From the NCBI RefSeq assembly GCF_006345805.1, contig NC_042997.1, positions 113,646,001 through 113,710,000 of the forward strand: a DNA stretch of 64,000 bases, read 5' to 3'. The notes under the pieces were generated by a model. The model was not told where the DNA came from and searched no databases. It worked only from the letters and a program-made list of their open reading frames with translations. The stretch comes from Octopus sinensis (taxonomy: Eukaryota). The translations under genes were made by a program, and so were the position numbers. Positions 1 through 12,045 of the stretch are shown piece by piece (the first letter of the stretch is position 1; the number at the start of each line of letters is the position of its first letter).

Positions 1-140
1 ATCCCCATAACTTAACAGTTCGGCAAAAGAGACTACTAGAATCAGTACTAGGCTTACAAAAAATAATTCTTGGGTCAATTTGTTCGACTAAAGGTGATGC
101 TCCAGCATGGCTGCAGTCAAGTAACTGAATCAAGTAAAAG
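1..140 (+). mobile_element. 3' part of tRNA-headed SINE family A
   Basis: Matches the 3' end of the well-preserved copy at 16420-16558 (…tactaggcttacaaa…ctccagcatggctgcagtcaa…gtaaaaga). Confidence 0.8.
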
Positions 141-189
141 AATAAGAAAAAAGTATTTAAGATTTAATTCTTTATATTTAAATATCTTG

Positions 190-790
190 GAAAATGAAAT
201 TAGTGTTAAATTATCCAAGGCTTCAAGTTCTTTTGGAAAACTTTCTCTTCATTTGTGGGATGAGCACAGTGTCAGTTTGAAAACTAAAATAAGTTCATAC
301 AAATTTTGAATTTTGCGCACACTTTTGTAAGAAGCAATGGACTCCCTCCTACAGACGTATAAAGAAACTTGAAACCTTTCATATGTTGTCTGTGCAATAT
401 CAATAAAACAAAATGGCAAGATAAGATATCAGATGTCAAAATGTTTTAAAATGTGATATCTTCAGTTTTAAAACCACTCTTTTGAGAGTTCAGTGCAGAT
501 GGTCTGGAGATGTTTGAATGCAAGATGATTGCATTTAAAAAATTCTTTTATATGGCCAAGTAGAGGGATTCCATGGTAAAGGAAGACCCTCTGCTTAGGT
601 TTAAGGATAAATCGAAGCAATCACTAAAGCCCCTGCAGCTTAATTTAACATCTTGGGGAAAGTTATTGCCTCGCTCGATCTGAGTGGCATAAAACGTGTC
701 ATGATACATCTAAACAATTCTGAGCTGAAGAAACAGAACATTAAAAGAATTCTATCCTGCAATCTACAGACACATCTGTCCAATCCCAGG
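190..790 (+). pseudogene. Degenerate RTE-clade LINE ORF2 C-terminal fragment
   Basis: Broken frames give ENEISVKLSKASSSFGKL…WDEHSVSLKTK, KWQDKISD and QCRWSGDV, resembling RTE/BovB RIAKASAAFGRL…W, KWQDKI and QLRWAGHV motifs; many stops and frameshifts. Confidence 0.65.
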
Positions 791-1016
791 CAAAATCACT
801 TTAATAGCAAAATCCAAACCTGGACTCCAATTACATTCAAGCATCCATCGCAAATAGATGCAGCTCCTTTTGTGTTCAACCCTTTTGTCTTTTCTTTAAA
901 TCCTTTCCTTCTAACACTCAGGTGTCCAAATCAACAGGAGTAACCATCATATTTCAGGTAACATACCCATTCTCAAACGAAAACAGTGAAATATCCATTA
1001 AAGTAACATCAGTCCT

Positions 1017-1024
1017 TGGTGGTG

Positions 1025-1067
<43 letters not shown>
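1017..1067. repeat. (GGT)n(AGT)n microsatellite
   Basis: Direct reading. Confidence 0.95.
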
Positions 1068-1068
<1 letters not shown>

Positions 1069-1233
1069 TTAATTGAATTTGAATTCAATATGAATTGAAC
1101 TTAAATTTCTTTTTTTGTGTATTACAACAACCTAAGATAATATAAAATGGAGAACATTTTTTTTTCTTTTAGTCTGTTTCCTCTACTTTATCTTCGTTAC
1201 ATCCTAGCAGTCAGTAAGTTTCACAGTATATAG

Positions 1234-1266
<33 letters not shown>

Positions 1267-1560
1267 GTTATTAGTAGTGTTATTATTATTGTTGTTGTTG
1301 TTATTGTTGTTGTTATTATTATTGTTATTGTTGTTATTATTGTTGTTATTATTGTTATTGTTGTTGTTATTGTTGTTGTTATTATTATTGTTATTATTAT
1401 TATTGTTGTTATTATTATTATTATTGTTATTATTATTATTATTATTGTTATTATTATTGTTATTGTTATTATTACTGTTATTATTATTACTGTTATTATC
1501 ATTACTGTTATTATCATTACTATTATTATTATTACTATTACTATTATTATTATTATTATC
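1234..1560. repeat. Compound (ATT/GTT/ACT)n trinucleotide microsatellite
   Basis: Direct reading; source of the poly-L and poly-I/T ORFs. Confidence 0.95.
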
Positions 1561-1983
1561 CTCTTATCTTCTGTCTGAACTGAAACTCATAAACTTCTGG
1601 ACTAAAATAATGAACTTATTTCACAACTACCAACTTCATCACTCAGGAATCCTGGCCACTGCTGACGTAGACCCCCCACTAAACACACACACACTCACAC
1701 ACACCTCCACTGCTGCTGAATATTGGAACATTACTAGAATGGAATCCAGGGTTCACCTACATAGAACAACATTCCTCTTCTTGTCTGTAACTTAATGAAA
1801 TCATGGCTGTAACAATGACAACGAAGGTGATATTGGGATAAAAGTTTGGTTTATATAACATCCTACATTCATCCACCCTGTTTCTTGGGGAACGAATGGA
1901 GGTAAAGCATGCCATCCATGACCTTCATGCTTATAGGGATGTGTAGGATTCCCTTATAAAATGTGATCTTTCCTTTATTTATG

Positions 1984-2410
1984 AGGTGCAGGTGTGGCTG
2001 TGTGGTTTAAAAGTTAGCTTCCCAACCACATGGCTCTTGGTTCAGTCCTTCTGCATGCCACCTTGGAGAAAGTGACTTCTACCAAGCCCTGGGCCAATCG
2101 TAACAATCAAAGCATTGTGAGTAGATTTGGTAGATGGAAACTGAAAGAAGCCCATTGTTTCTGTGTGTGTGCGCACATATTGTGTGTGTCAATCCTTGCT
2201 TTGACATCTTGTGATAATTGGAAACAAGCTTCACTGTTATAAAAGTGGTGTCTTTCATTTCTGAACATCCATGAAACATGTCTAACCATGTGGAACTATT
2301 ACTTTTCTTGAAAACAGATTAGGGTTAATGACAGGAAGGACATCCAGCCATAGAAATACTGCCTCTACAAATTCTGTCTGACATATGCAAGCAGGAAAAA
2401 GTGGACATTA
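1984..2410 (+). mobile_element. SINE family A (tRNA-like head)
   Basis: Head gtggctgtgtggt…cccaaccacatgg…ggttcagtc and core gatttggtagatggaaactgaaagaagccc, shared with many copies in the window. Confidence 0.8.
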
Positions 2411-2811
2411 AAATAATAAGAATACATTTTGAGGGAACTTTAACTGCTATTTCTAGTAGTTTGAATGGCTACTTCCAGACACCATGGTTGGAGGCTTATT
2501 ATGGATAATAGTGAAGACTTATTTATTAGTGTGGTATATCAAATGTTTAATTATAAACATTCAGATCAAGTCTCAGGTCAACTTATATCTTGATCGGCTG
2601 AGGCCCACAGCCTGACTGAGATGCTCTGAAACCTGTCTCGTTGATGGGTGAGGGCAAAAGAGAACCAGCCACTGGATGCATTGTATCTATTTTTCTTCTC
2701 TCGCAATGTGTGTAGTTCCAAATGAGGTCAAACGAGGAAATGTAGTACTTATAAATGTCTTGGGCTCTCAGCCCCTCTTTATGGGGTCAATAGGTGTAGG
2801 TGTAGTGTCGT

Positions 2812-3030
2812 AAGGTGGTGAGCTGGCAGAAGCATTAGCACACCAGGTGAAATGCTAAGCAGTATTTCGTCTGCTATGTTCTGAGTTCAAATTCTGCCGA
2901 GGTCGACTTTGCCTTTCATCTTTTGGGGTTGCTTAAATAAGTACCAGTTACGTACTGGGGTTGATGTAACCGACTCAATCTCTTAGTCTGTCTTTGTTTA
3001 GCCCCCTATGAGCAATAAAGAAATAAGGAA
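2812..3030 (+). mobile_element. SINE family B (tRNA-like head)
   Basis: A-box-like tggcagaagcattagc, B-box gagttcaaattc, core gaggtcgactttgcctttcatc, tail caataaagaaataag. Confidence 0.85.
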
Positions 3031-3040
3031 ATAGGTAATA

Positions 3041-3163
3041 CAGTTCTATATTTAAGAGATGAGGAATTATGTACATTATTTACATTTGACAGATATTTAT
3101 CCTCATTTTGTTTGTTGTTAACAACAAACAAGATGAGGACAAATATCGTCAAATGTAAATAAC
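3041..3163. repeat. Head-to-head fusion of two family-D tails (44-bp-arm palindrome)
   Basis: 3076-3119 is the near-perfect reverse complement of 3120-3162, centred on gttaac; same tail sequence as 42266-42329 and 52261-52342. Confidence 0.85.
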
Positions 3164-3432
3164 ATAAATAACGAAGAAAATAGGTGTAGTGACATGACAT
3201 ACAAGGTGTCTTGTGCACATTTGGTTCTTCCAAATGAGAGAAGGTTAGATAAGACACATAGAAAGGGTGAGGGGAAAGAAGAATTGGCCCCCAGTACTAT
3301 ACTGGTACTTTATTTGTTGAGCCCTGAATGGTAAAGTTAACCTCAGTAGGATTTCAACTCAGGGCATAGAAAGCTGAAATGATTGCCACAAAACAATCTG
3401 TCTGATAAACTAAACACTGCCGGTCACCTACC

Positions 3433-3434
3433 TG

Positions 3435-3473
<39 letters not shown>

Positions 3474-3640
3474 ATGTGTGTGTGTGTATATGAATGTGTG
3501 TGTGTATATATATATACATACGTATGTATGCATGTGTGTGAATATATATATATATATAATAAATTAATAAATAAAACATATGCATATATACATACATATA
3601 TGTACGTACCTACCTCTACATGTATATATACATGCATATA
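3433..3640. repeat. Compound (TG)/(TATG)/(TA) microsatellite
   Basis: Direct reading. Confidence 0.9.
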
Positions 3641-4140
3641 TGGGTACAGGACACCAAAAAAACGTCGAACACAATGAGAAACGAAAACATAAACACAAAA
3701 CCAAGGAACTGGACATCTTTCTTAAACAACGAAAAGATAGAGTACAGGACACAAGGAAAATTCTCCTTCTTCAGTCGCCATGGTTTCATCTACTCTGCGT
3801 TCGAAGGTGAAGGCGATACGCATCTTCGATAGAAACTTTCCTTCCCGCGAAAAGCAAATTAAATAAAATTTGAGATCTTTTTGCGGAGGGGTAAAAATAG
3901 TAACAAAAACAGGACAGTAATGACAGTACAAAATAAAAACAGTAAAAGACAGGACAAGGAGAATAACAAGACAAGAAGGGCTGTTAAGCCGAACGAGATA
4001 AAGTGTTACGAACGCTATTTTTTAGATATATGTGTGCGTGTATGTGTATGTGTGTATATATATATGTGTGTATATCAATTATGCATGCACACACAAATAT
4101 GTTTGAAGCATTATAAAAGTTAACTGTCTGACTTAACAGA

Positions 4141-4445
4141 ACATATAAGTGTGGAAGTGTAGTAAGAAGCTTGCTCCCCAACCATATGGTTCCAGGTTCA
4201 GCCCCACTGCATGGCACCTTGGTCAAGTGTCTTTTACTATAGGCTCTGGCTGACCAAAGCTTTGTGAGTGGATTTGTTAGAGGGAAACTGAATGAAGCCT
4301 GTCATATATGTGTTTGTGTTTCTGCCCCCTCACCACCACTTTATAACCAGTGTTGGTGTATTTACATCCCTGTAACTTAGCAGTTTGACAAAAGAGACCA
4401 ATAGAATAGGTAGCAGTCATAAAAAGATACATACTGAGGTTGACT
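4141..4445 (+). mobile_element. SINE family A
   Basis: Head, core and 3' part match family A. Confidence 0.75.
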
Positions 4446-4714
4446 CATCATCATGATCATTTAATGATGATGATGAATCAACCTCATTATTTATTTATTT
4501 ATTTTTTATAACTGGTACCTATTCTATTGGTCTCTTTTGCCAAACGTAAATACAGACTGAAAGTTCTTCAAAGCCGTGCTCCAGCTTGGCCACAGTCAGA
4601 TGGCTGTAAAAGATGAAAGATATAAACAAATTTAAACATGAAACAATCCAAAACATTTCATTCTACCTTTCATGGTATTTAAAGACACTGACTTTTTGAA
4701 GATGTGGTTTTTCA

Positions 4715-5000
4715 TCATTATCATCGTTTAATGTCTGCTTTCCATGCTGGCACAGGTTGGATGGTTTGACTGGGGACTGGCAAGCCAGATGGCTGCACCA
4801 GGCTCCAATCTGATCTGGCAGAGTTTCTACGGCTGGATGCCCTTCCTAATGCCAACTGCTCCAAGAGTGTAGTGGGTATCTTTTACATGCCACTGGCATG
4901 AGGGCCAGTCAGATGGTACTGGCAATGGCCACATCAAATGGTACTTTTTATGTGTCACCTGCACAGGAGCCAGTCAAGTGGCACTGGCAACGACCTTGCT
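4715..5000 (-). mobile_element. RTE 3'-UTR-derived repeat (family C)
   Basis: Reverse complement of the RTE 3' end at 9600-9847, with (CAT)n tail at 4715-4725. Confidence 0.8.
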
Positions 5001-5034
5001 CAAATGTTGTTTTTTAAGTAACAAAATTTGTGGC

Positions 5035-5212
5035 ACATAAAAGCACCCATTACACTCTCGGAGTGGTTGCTGTTAGGAAGGGCATCCAGCCATAGAAACC
5101 ATGCCAAATCAGACTGGAGTCTAATGCAGCCTTCCAGTTTGCCAGCTCTGGTCAAACTGTCTGTCCAACCCATGCCAGCATGGACAACAGTCATTAAATG
5201 ATGATGATGATG
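5035..5212 (+). mobile_element. RTE 3'-UTR-derived repeat (family C)
   Basis: aaaagcaccc…ggaagggcatccagc…ccaacccatgccagcatgga…(GAT)n. Confidence 0.8.
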
Positions 5213-6234
5213 AAATTTTAATAACTATAGTGTTCCAGTATATGATATATTTCCTATTTTGCATAAAAGAAATAAATGAGAATGTGTGTGTGTGTGTGTG
5301 TATAAGAGAGAGAGAGCTCTTACCACTCTATTACAACTCTTTCACCATTTCTTTCTTGAATCTTCCCTGTTTTACCTCAATTTGGCCTCAGGCCCTGGAT
5401 TCTTTCCATCATTCATTATTCTGGGATAATTTTTGGAAAACATTCATTTAGAAATGCTGATACTGTTTCACGACAGACAAACAAATATCCATGCTAAATA
5501 GCCATGCTGTTTCCTACAGCAGCAATCAATGAACAAGGAAGGGTCTCTCCACCCCCACCCCCACACATACACACACTTCACCAGTCTTGGAAATATTACA
5601 AAGGTCATGGACACTGACCTTTTCTCCTTTCAAAAATCCATTAAAAACGTTATTGTCGGTAGTTTGTTATTGATATCTATGAACACACACTTTATGTACC
5701 CATTTATTGAGTCTGGTTTGGGACTGGAAAATATATCAATGTGTTTATACATCCAGAAAGGATTATTGTGGATAATCTGACGTATAAGAATTTGATTTAT
5801 CCATATTGATTTTGTTATTGAAATACTTTATTGACAAATGTTTTCTGCATTTTTCTCTCTCTCTGTAGAATTGGTAATATTTACCTATGACTTGTGGATT
5901 TGCTGTAATCTTTCTTCACGCATGGATTATTGTCTTTGAAACTAGGAGGTAAGTTTTGGCCTTAATTCTCACACACCAGACAATATCAGTCTCACACAAA
6001 ATCAATCAACATCACATTTGTATCATCACATCATCATCATCATCATAATCATTGTCAGTTTAACAACCACATGGTCGTATGCAATTTGTTCTGTCAGATT
6101 TTCTACAACCAGATACCCTTCCTGTTGCCAACCTTCACCTATTTTGAAGGAAGCTAATATTTCCTTGTGATCAGAACACACAACACACACACACATACAC
6201 ATGCGCACTATATATTTCGTTTTTATATACAACA

Positions 6235-6269
<35 letters not shown>

Positions 6270-6446
6270 CATAATTTTTTTACTTATTATATATTGATTA
6301 TTCATTTTTATACTTTTTGAGACCTAGTTATGTTTTATAAAATATATTTTATTTGTTATTTATGTTTTGGTTTATATCTATCATTGTTTGAGTTGCATAA
6401 TAGTGATTTTATCTCTAATTTATATTTTACATATATATATATATAC

Positions 6447-7224
6447 ATTTCTCCTGCAGCTGCCTTACCAGGAATATAGCATCAGTAGTACTTTTCCCTG
6501 GCACAAACCCAAACTGCATCTCATCTAAACTAACTCTCTCTCTAATTAGTTGGGCTATGACCCTCTCCGTAACCTTCATCACCTGGTCCAACAGCTTGAT
6601 ACCTCTGTAGTTATTTGTATCTAGGGCATCACCTTTACCTTTGTAGCAGTTGACTATTATACTGCTACACCAGTCATTGGGTATGACCCCTTTGTGTATC
6701 ACCTGATTAACTATATGGGTGACTAGGCTATAGCCGACACTACCAGACATTTTGAGCATCTCTGCAGTGATTCCTGATGGGCCTGGGGCTTTCCCTGTCT
6801 TCATGCTTCTAATTGCCTTAGCTACCACAGAACTATCAACTCGGATAGCTGGTCCCTCTGTTGGGTCAACATTCGGCAGACTCTCTTTATCCCATTCATT
6901 TTCTTCATTCAGCAACCTTTCATAGTGGCATCTCCAAACCTCTCTCTTTGCATCCTCATTTAGCGCAAGTGAACCATCTTCCATGCGAACACACTTCTCT
7001 CCTACCACATCACGATTCTCTCTCACACACTGTCTTGCAACACGAAACACCTCCAGTCTTTGGTCCTCACGGCGCAGAACATTGCAAATTTTTTCTTATC
7101 TGCTTCCCCTCTGGCTAAATAAACCTGTCTCCTAGCTTCTCTTTTGGCAGTCTGATACAATTCCCTGCTACCCCCATTTTTCCAGACCTTCCAAGGCCTG
7201 TCTCTTTTCTCTAATAGCCCTGTC
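6447..7224 (-). mobile_element. Inverted duplicate of the RTE LINE segment (fold-back arm)
   Basis: Reverse complement of 7225-7981. ORF 6427-7050 encodes RT motifs (KAPGPSG, NYRGIKLL, QFGFVPGKSTTDAIF). Ends abruptly at a (TA)n tract. Confidence 0.92.
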
Positions 7225-7382
7225 TAGAAAAGAGACAGGCTTGGAAGGTCTGGAAAAATGGGGGTAGCAGGGATTGTATCAGACTGCCAAAAGAGAAGCT
7301 AGGAGACAGGTTTATTTAGCCAGAGGGAAGCAGATAAAAAAAATTTGCCAATGTTCTGCGCCGTGAGGACCAAAGACTGGAG

Positions 7383-9142
7383 GTGTTTCGTGTTGCAAGA
7401 CAGTGTGTGAGAGAGAATCGTGATGTGGTAGGAGAGAAGTGTGTTCGCATGGAAGATGGTTCACTTGCGCTAAATGAGGATGCAAAGAGAGAGGTTTGGA
7501 GATGCCACTATGAAAGGTTGCTGAATGAAGAAAATGAATGGGATAAAGAGAGTCTGCCGAATGTTGACCCAACAGAGGACCAGCTATCCGAGTTGATAGT
7601 TCTGTGGTAGCTAAGGCAATTAGAAGCATGAAGACAGGAAAGCCCCAGGCCCATCAGGAATCACTGCAGAGATGCTCAAAATGTCTGGTAGTGTCGGCTA
7701 TAGCCTAGTCACCCATATAGTTAATCAGGTGATACACAAAGGGGTCATACCCAATGACTGGTGTAGCAGTATAATAGTCAACTGCTACAAAGTAAAGGTG
7801 ATGCCCTAGATACAAATAACTACAGAGGTATCAAGCTGTTGGACCAGGTGATGAAGGTTACGGAGAGGGTCATAGCCCACTAATTAGAGAGAGAGTTAGT
7901 TTAGATGAGATGCAGTTTGGGTTTGTGCCAGGGAAAGTACTACTGATGCTATATTCCTGGTAAGGCAGCTGCAGGAGAAATACCTAGCCAAAGATAAGCC
8001 CCTGTACCTGGCTTTTGTTGACATGGAGAAAGCCTCCGACAGGGTCCCCCGATCCCTTATCTGGTGGGCAATGAGAAAACTAGGGATAGATGAATGGTTA
8101 GTGAGAGCTGTGCGGGCCATGTATAGGGACACCGCTAGTAGGGTGAGGGTTGGAAATGAGTACAGTGAAGAATTCCAGGTAGAGGTAGGGGTCCACCAAG
8201 GCTCAGTACTCAGCCCCCTCCTATTTATCTTAGTCCTCCAGGCAATAACGGAGGAATTCAAGACAGGATGCCCTTGGGAGCTCCTCTATGCTGATGACCT
8301 TGCTCTAATTGCTGAGTCGCTATCAGAACTGGAGGAGAAGTTTCAGGTGTGGAAACAAGGATTAGAATCGAAGGGCCTCAGAGTCAATCTAGCTAAAACC
8401 AAAGTCGTAATCAGTAGGAAGGTAGACATCACAAACACCTTCAGGTAGATGGCCCTGCTCGATCTGTAGAAAAGGTGTAGGTAGAAACTCTATAAGATGC
8501 ACCAAGTGTAAGCTATGGACACATAAGAGATGCAGCAATGTCAAAGGAAGGCTAACTAGGAAGATGGTTTTTGTATGTGGCAGATGCTCAGGAACAATAA
8601 ACACTGAAAATGCTCTGAGACCAACTTCCGTCACTTTCCAGGGAGAAAAACTAGAAATAGTTGATAGTTTCCGTTACCTAGGTGACCAAGTCAGCAGCGG
8701 GGGCGGGTGTGCTGAAAGTGTAACTGCTAGAGTAAGAATAGCTTGGGCAAAGTTCAGAGAGCTCTTACCTCTGCTGGTGACAAAAGGCCTCTCGCACAGA
8801 GTGAAAGGCAGACTGTATGATGCGTGTGTACGAACAGCCATGCTACATGGCAGTGAAACATGGGCCGTGACTGCTGAGGATATGCGTAAGCTCGCTAGAA
8901 ATGAAGCCAGTATGCTCCGATGGATGTGTAATGCCGGTACTCACACTCGGCAGAGTGTAAGTACCTTGAGAGAAAAGCTGGACCTAAGAAGCATCAGTTG
9001 TGGTGTGCAAGAGAGACGTTTGCGCTGGTATGGTCATGTGGCGAGAATGGATGAAGATAGTTGTGTGAAAAAGTGCCACACCCTAGCGGTTGAGGGAACC
9101 TGTGGAAGAGGCAGACCCAGAAAACCTGGGACGAGGTGGTGA
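7383..9142 (+). pseudogene. RTE ORF2 (reverse transcriptase with PHD-like finger), frameshifted
   Basis: ORFs 7383-7610, 8023-8448 and 8564-9142 are consecutive pieces of one RT polyprotein separated by 1-2 nt indels. Confidence 0.9.
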
Positions 9143-9309
9143 GCACGACCTTCGAACTTTAGGTCTCACTGAGGAAATGACTAGAGACCGAGACCTCTGG
9201 AAGTGTGCTGTGCGCGAGAAGACCCGGCAGGACAAGTGAGTCCACAACCCGTGGCCTTCTACATGGGATGGAGCCAGCCTACGTATGCATACCTTCCCTT
9301 CTTGGGACA

Positions 9310-9515
9310 AAACTCTACTTGTGAAGCCGTGTTGAGGCAAGTGAGGATCAGAATCGAATCGATCAATGGAAATTGCGGATGTGCTACCAGTGCCGGTGCA
9401 TGTCGAAACTCTGCTTGTGAAGACCCATTGAGGCAAGTGAGGATCAGAATCGAAATCAATCAATGGAAATCGATCAATGGAAATTGCAGATGTGTTACCA
9501 GTGCCGGTGGCATGT
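9310..9515 (+). repeat. Internal ~100-bp tandem duplication in the RTE 3' UTR
   Basis: aaactct(a/g)cttgtgaag…gaggcaagtgaggatcagaatcgaa…ccagtgccggtg occurs twice. Confidence 0.85.
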
Positions 9516-9754
9516 AAGAGAACTTTCCGTTTCGCGACCGTTGCCAGCACCGCCCCGTTTCGTGTCCGTTGCCAGCCTCGCCTGGCCCTCGTGCCGGTGG
9601 CACATAAAAAGCACCATCCGTTCATGGCCTTTTGCCAGCTCTGTCTGGCACCAGTGCGGGTGGCACGTAAAAAGCACCCACTACACTCACGGAGTGGTTG
9701 GCGTTAGGAAGGGCATCCAGCCGTAGAAACACTGCCAGATTTGACTGGGCCTGA

Positions 9755-9772
9755 TGAAGCCTTCTGGCTTCA
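9755..9772 (+). other. 3'-UTR stem-loop of the RTE element
   Basis: TGAAGCC-ttct-GGCTTCA, 7-bp perfect stem about 55 nt upstream of the tail; LINE 3' stem-loops are known RT recognition sites (function here is inferred). Confidence 0.5.
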
Positions 9773-9849
9773 CAGACCCCAGTAGAACCGTCCAACCCAT
9801 GCTAGCATGGAAAACGGACGCTAAATGATGATGATGATGATGATGATAT

Positions 9850-10140
9850 GACATGTAAAAAGTGCCACTTGAGCGTGGTTGTTGCCAGTGTCGCCAGACT
9901 GGCTCCTGTACCAGTGGCACATAAAAAGCACCATTCAAGCATGGTTGATGCTAGTACTACTTGACTGGCACATAAAAAGCACCCATTACACTCTCAAGAG
10001 TGGTTGGCGTTAGGAAAGGCATCCTTGCCAGATCAGATTGAAGTCTGGTGCAGCCTTCTGGCTTGCCAGCCCACTGTCAAACCGTCAAACCCATGCCAGC
10101 ATGGAAAACGGATGTTAAACAATAACGATGATGATGATGA
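9850..10140 (+). mobile_element. Family C (RTE-tail) repeat
   Basis: aaaagcacc motifs and (GAT)n tail. Confidence 0.75.
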
Positions 10141-10479
10141 TATAGGTGTGGCTGTGTGGTGTGAAATTTACTTCCCAATCATATGTTTTTAGGTTCAGTC
10201 CCACCATGTGGCACCTTGAGCAAGTGTCTTCTACTATAGCCCCAGGTTGACTAAACTGACCGTTGCTTTATTTCAGCCACCCTGAAAGACAAAGTTGACC
10301 TCAGCAGATTTTAGGCTCACACTGTAAATAATTAGAACAAATGGTGCAAGGCATTATCTATGACACTGTAACAATTCTGCCAGCTTGCCACCTTGGTGGT
10401 GGTGGTGGTGGTGGTAGTAGTAGTAGTAGATGGTGAAGCTTGATTTTTCGAACTTTGAGCCTCAGAGAGGCAATGACTG

Positions 10480-10953
10480 GTGACCAAGACCTTAAGCAAT
10501 GTGCTGTACTTGAGAAGACCCATCAAGACAAGTGAAATCGTAGTTGTGGTTGATGCAGGTGTCACATAACAGGTAGCATGTAAAAAGCACCTTGTGAGCA
10601 TTGGGCTTCACGGAGGCAAAGTGGCTGATGTTGGTGGCATGTGAAATGCTCCTTTCAAGTGTTGAGTCTCATGGAGGCAATGACAAATGACCAAGACCTT
10701 TAGCATTATGTCATGCTTGAGAAGAAGACCCTTCAAACCAAGTAAAATCACAGTTGTGGCAGATACCAATGTCATGCAAATGGCAACCATGCCAGTGGCA
10801 CATAAAAGCACCCATCACACTCTTGAAATAGTTGGCATTAGGATGCCAAATCAGACTGGAGTTTGGAGCAGCCTTCCAGCATGTCAGCCCTGGTCAAACC
10901 ATCTAACCCATGCCAACACAGACAACAGATGTTAAATAATGATGATGATGATG
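10480..10953 (+). mobile_element. Family C (RTE-tail) repeat with internal duplicated block
   Basis: gaggcaatgac…gaccaagacctt…agttgtgg block occurs twice; (GAT)n tail. Confidence 0.7.
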
Positions 10954-11019
10954 AATAATGCAACTTTCTCTGCTGCACTCAAAACCAGCTTGAGATCAAA
11001 CAGTTTAAATATTTTTTTA

Positions 11020-11247
11020 TTTCTTTATTGCCCACCAAGTGCTAAACAGAGGGGACAAACAAAAACAGGTAAAGGGATTAAGTCGATTACATCAGCCCAG
11101 TGCGTAACTGGTACTTAATTTATCAACCCCCGAAAGGATGAAAGTCAAAGTTGACCTCGGTGGAATTTGAACTCAGAATGTCATGGCAGACGAAATACCG
11201 CTTAGCATTTCGCCCGGCGTGCTAACGTTTCTGCCAGCTTGCCACCT
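11020..11247 (-). mobile_element. SINE family B
   Basis: Reverse complement of family B, well preserved. Confidence 0.85.
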
Positions 11248-11499
11248 TTAAACAGTTTGAATATTGATTACAAGCTGAAATCAATCAGATTGAAAAAGGT
11301 AACCACTATTAGATGTGAAGAAACAAATACATAATAACAATAATACTAATAATCCTTCCTGTTGTCAGCACAAGGCCTGAAATTTTGGGGGGAGGGGGCT
11401 AGTCACTGCCATTGCCCCAGCACTGAAGTAAAGCAAAGTTGATCTTGGTAGAATCTGAACTCAGAACGTACAGAGCCAGAAGAAATGCCCCTAAACATT

Positions 11500-12025
11500 T
11501 GGTTCAACAGGATTTGGTCTCAAGGCTCCAGTTTCATCCTTGACATGGTTTCTGTGGCTGGATGTCCTTCTAATGCCAACCACTTTACAGTGTGTACTGG
11601 ATGCTACCAGTATTGATGAGGTTGCCAGGGGACTTACAAGACAGGGGAACTGAGAGAGAAAAAGGAAAAAGGTATTTGAGAGGGGGAGATGACTTTATAC
11701 TGGATGTTGGAAGGTGAAAGTAAGATAAAGGAACAGGCGTTGGTGTCTTGCTATTGAGGAGATACATGACTACCCTACATTATGTATAGAGGTGGGTGGG
11801 AGTAGTTAGGAAGGAGACAAGGTAGGGATGGAATGCGAGAGCAAACTCTCAATGTAAGCATGAAGGAGGATCTGGACAGTGGGTCATAGAGAGTGGATGC
11901 TTTGATAGTGTGTAAAGATGGGGTGAGTAACAGGCAGTCAAAGATGGGGTTGAAGGTGAATGTGGAGAGCAATGAACTAGAGTGGAGGTGCAGTTGAGGG
12001 AAAAACCAATATAAAGGGGTGTAGA
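11500..12025 (-). mobile_element. Long family C repeat (GA-rich on +; old RTE 3' UTR)
   Basis: ggatgtccttctaatgccaaccactttacagtgtgtactgg followed by a purine-rich tract, as in the reverse complement of 44830-45843. Confidence 0.6.
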
Positions 12026-12045
12026 GTGATATATATATATATATA

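Larger units (their letters stand above)
7225..9847 (+). mobile_element. 5'-truncated RTE-clade non-LTR retrotransposon
   Basis: RT motifs GVHQGSVLSPLLF and LLYADDL (YADD at 8287-8298), C-terminal RRLRWYGHVARM, 3' UTR with stem-loop and (GAT)n tail at 9825-9847. Confidence 0.95.

Noticed and set aside
1221-1795. Poly-Leu and poly-Ile/Thr ORFs
   Set aside because: Translations of an (ATT/GTT)n microsatellite; no coding signature.
5869-5873. Putative 5-nt microexon (ctgtag|AATTG|gtaata)
   Set aside because: Splice-like signals of this strength arise by chance after CT tracts, and there is no supporting gene context.
7312-8634. Antisense ORFs overlapping the RTE (7312-7629, 7896-8261, 8389-8634) and + strand ORF 6861-7118
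   Set aside because: Shadow frames of RT coding sequence.
9751-9775. CTGATGA followed by a hairpin in the RTE 3' UTR
   Set aside because: No GAAA or stem III follows; treated as an ordinary 3' stem-loop.
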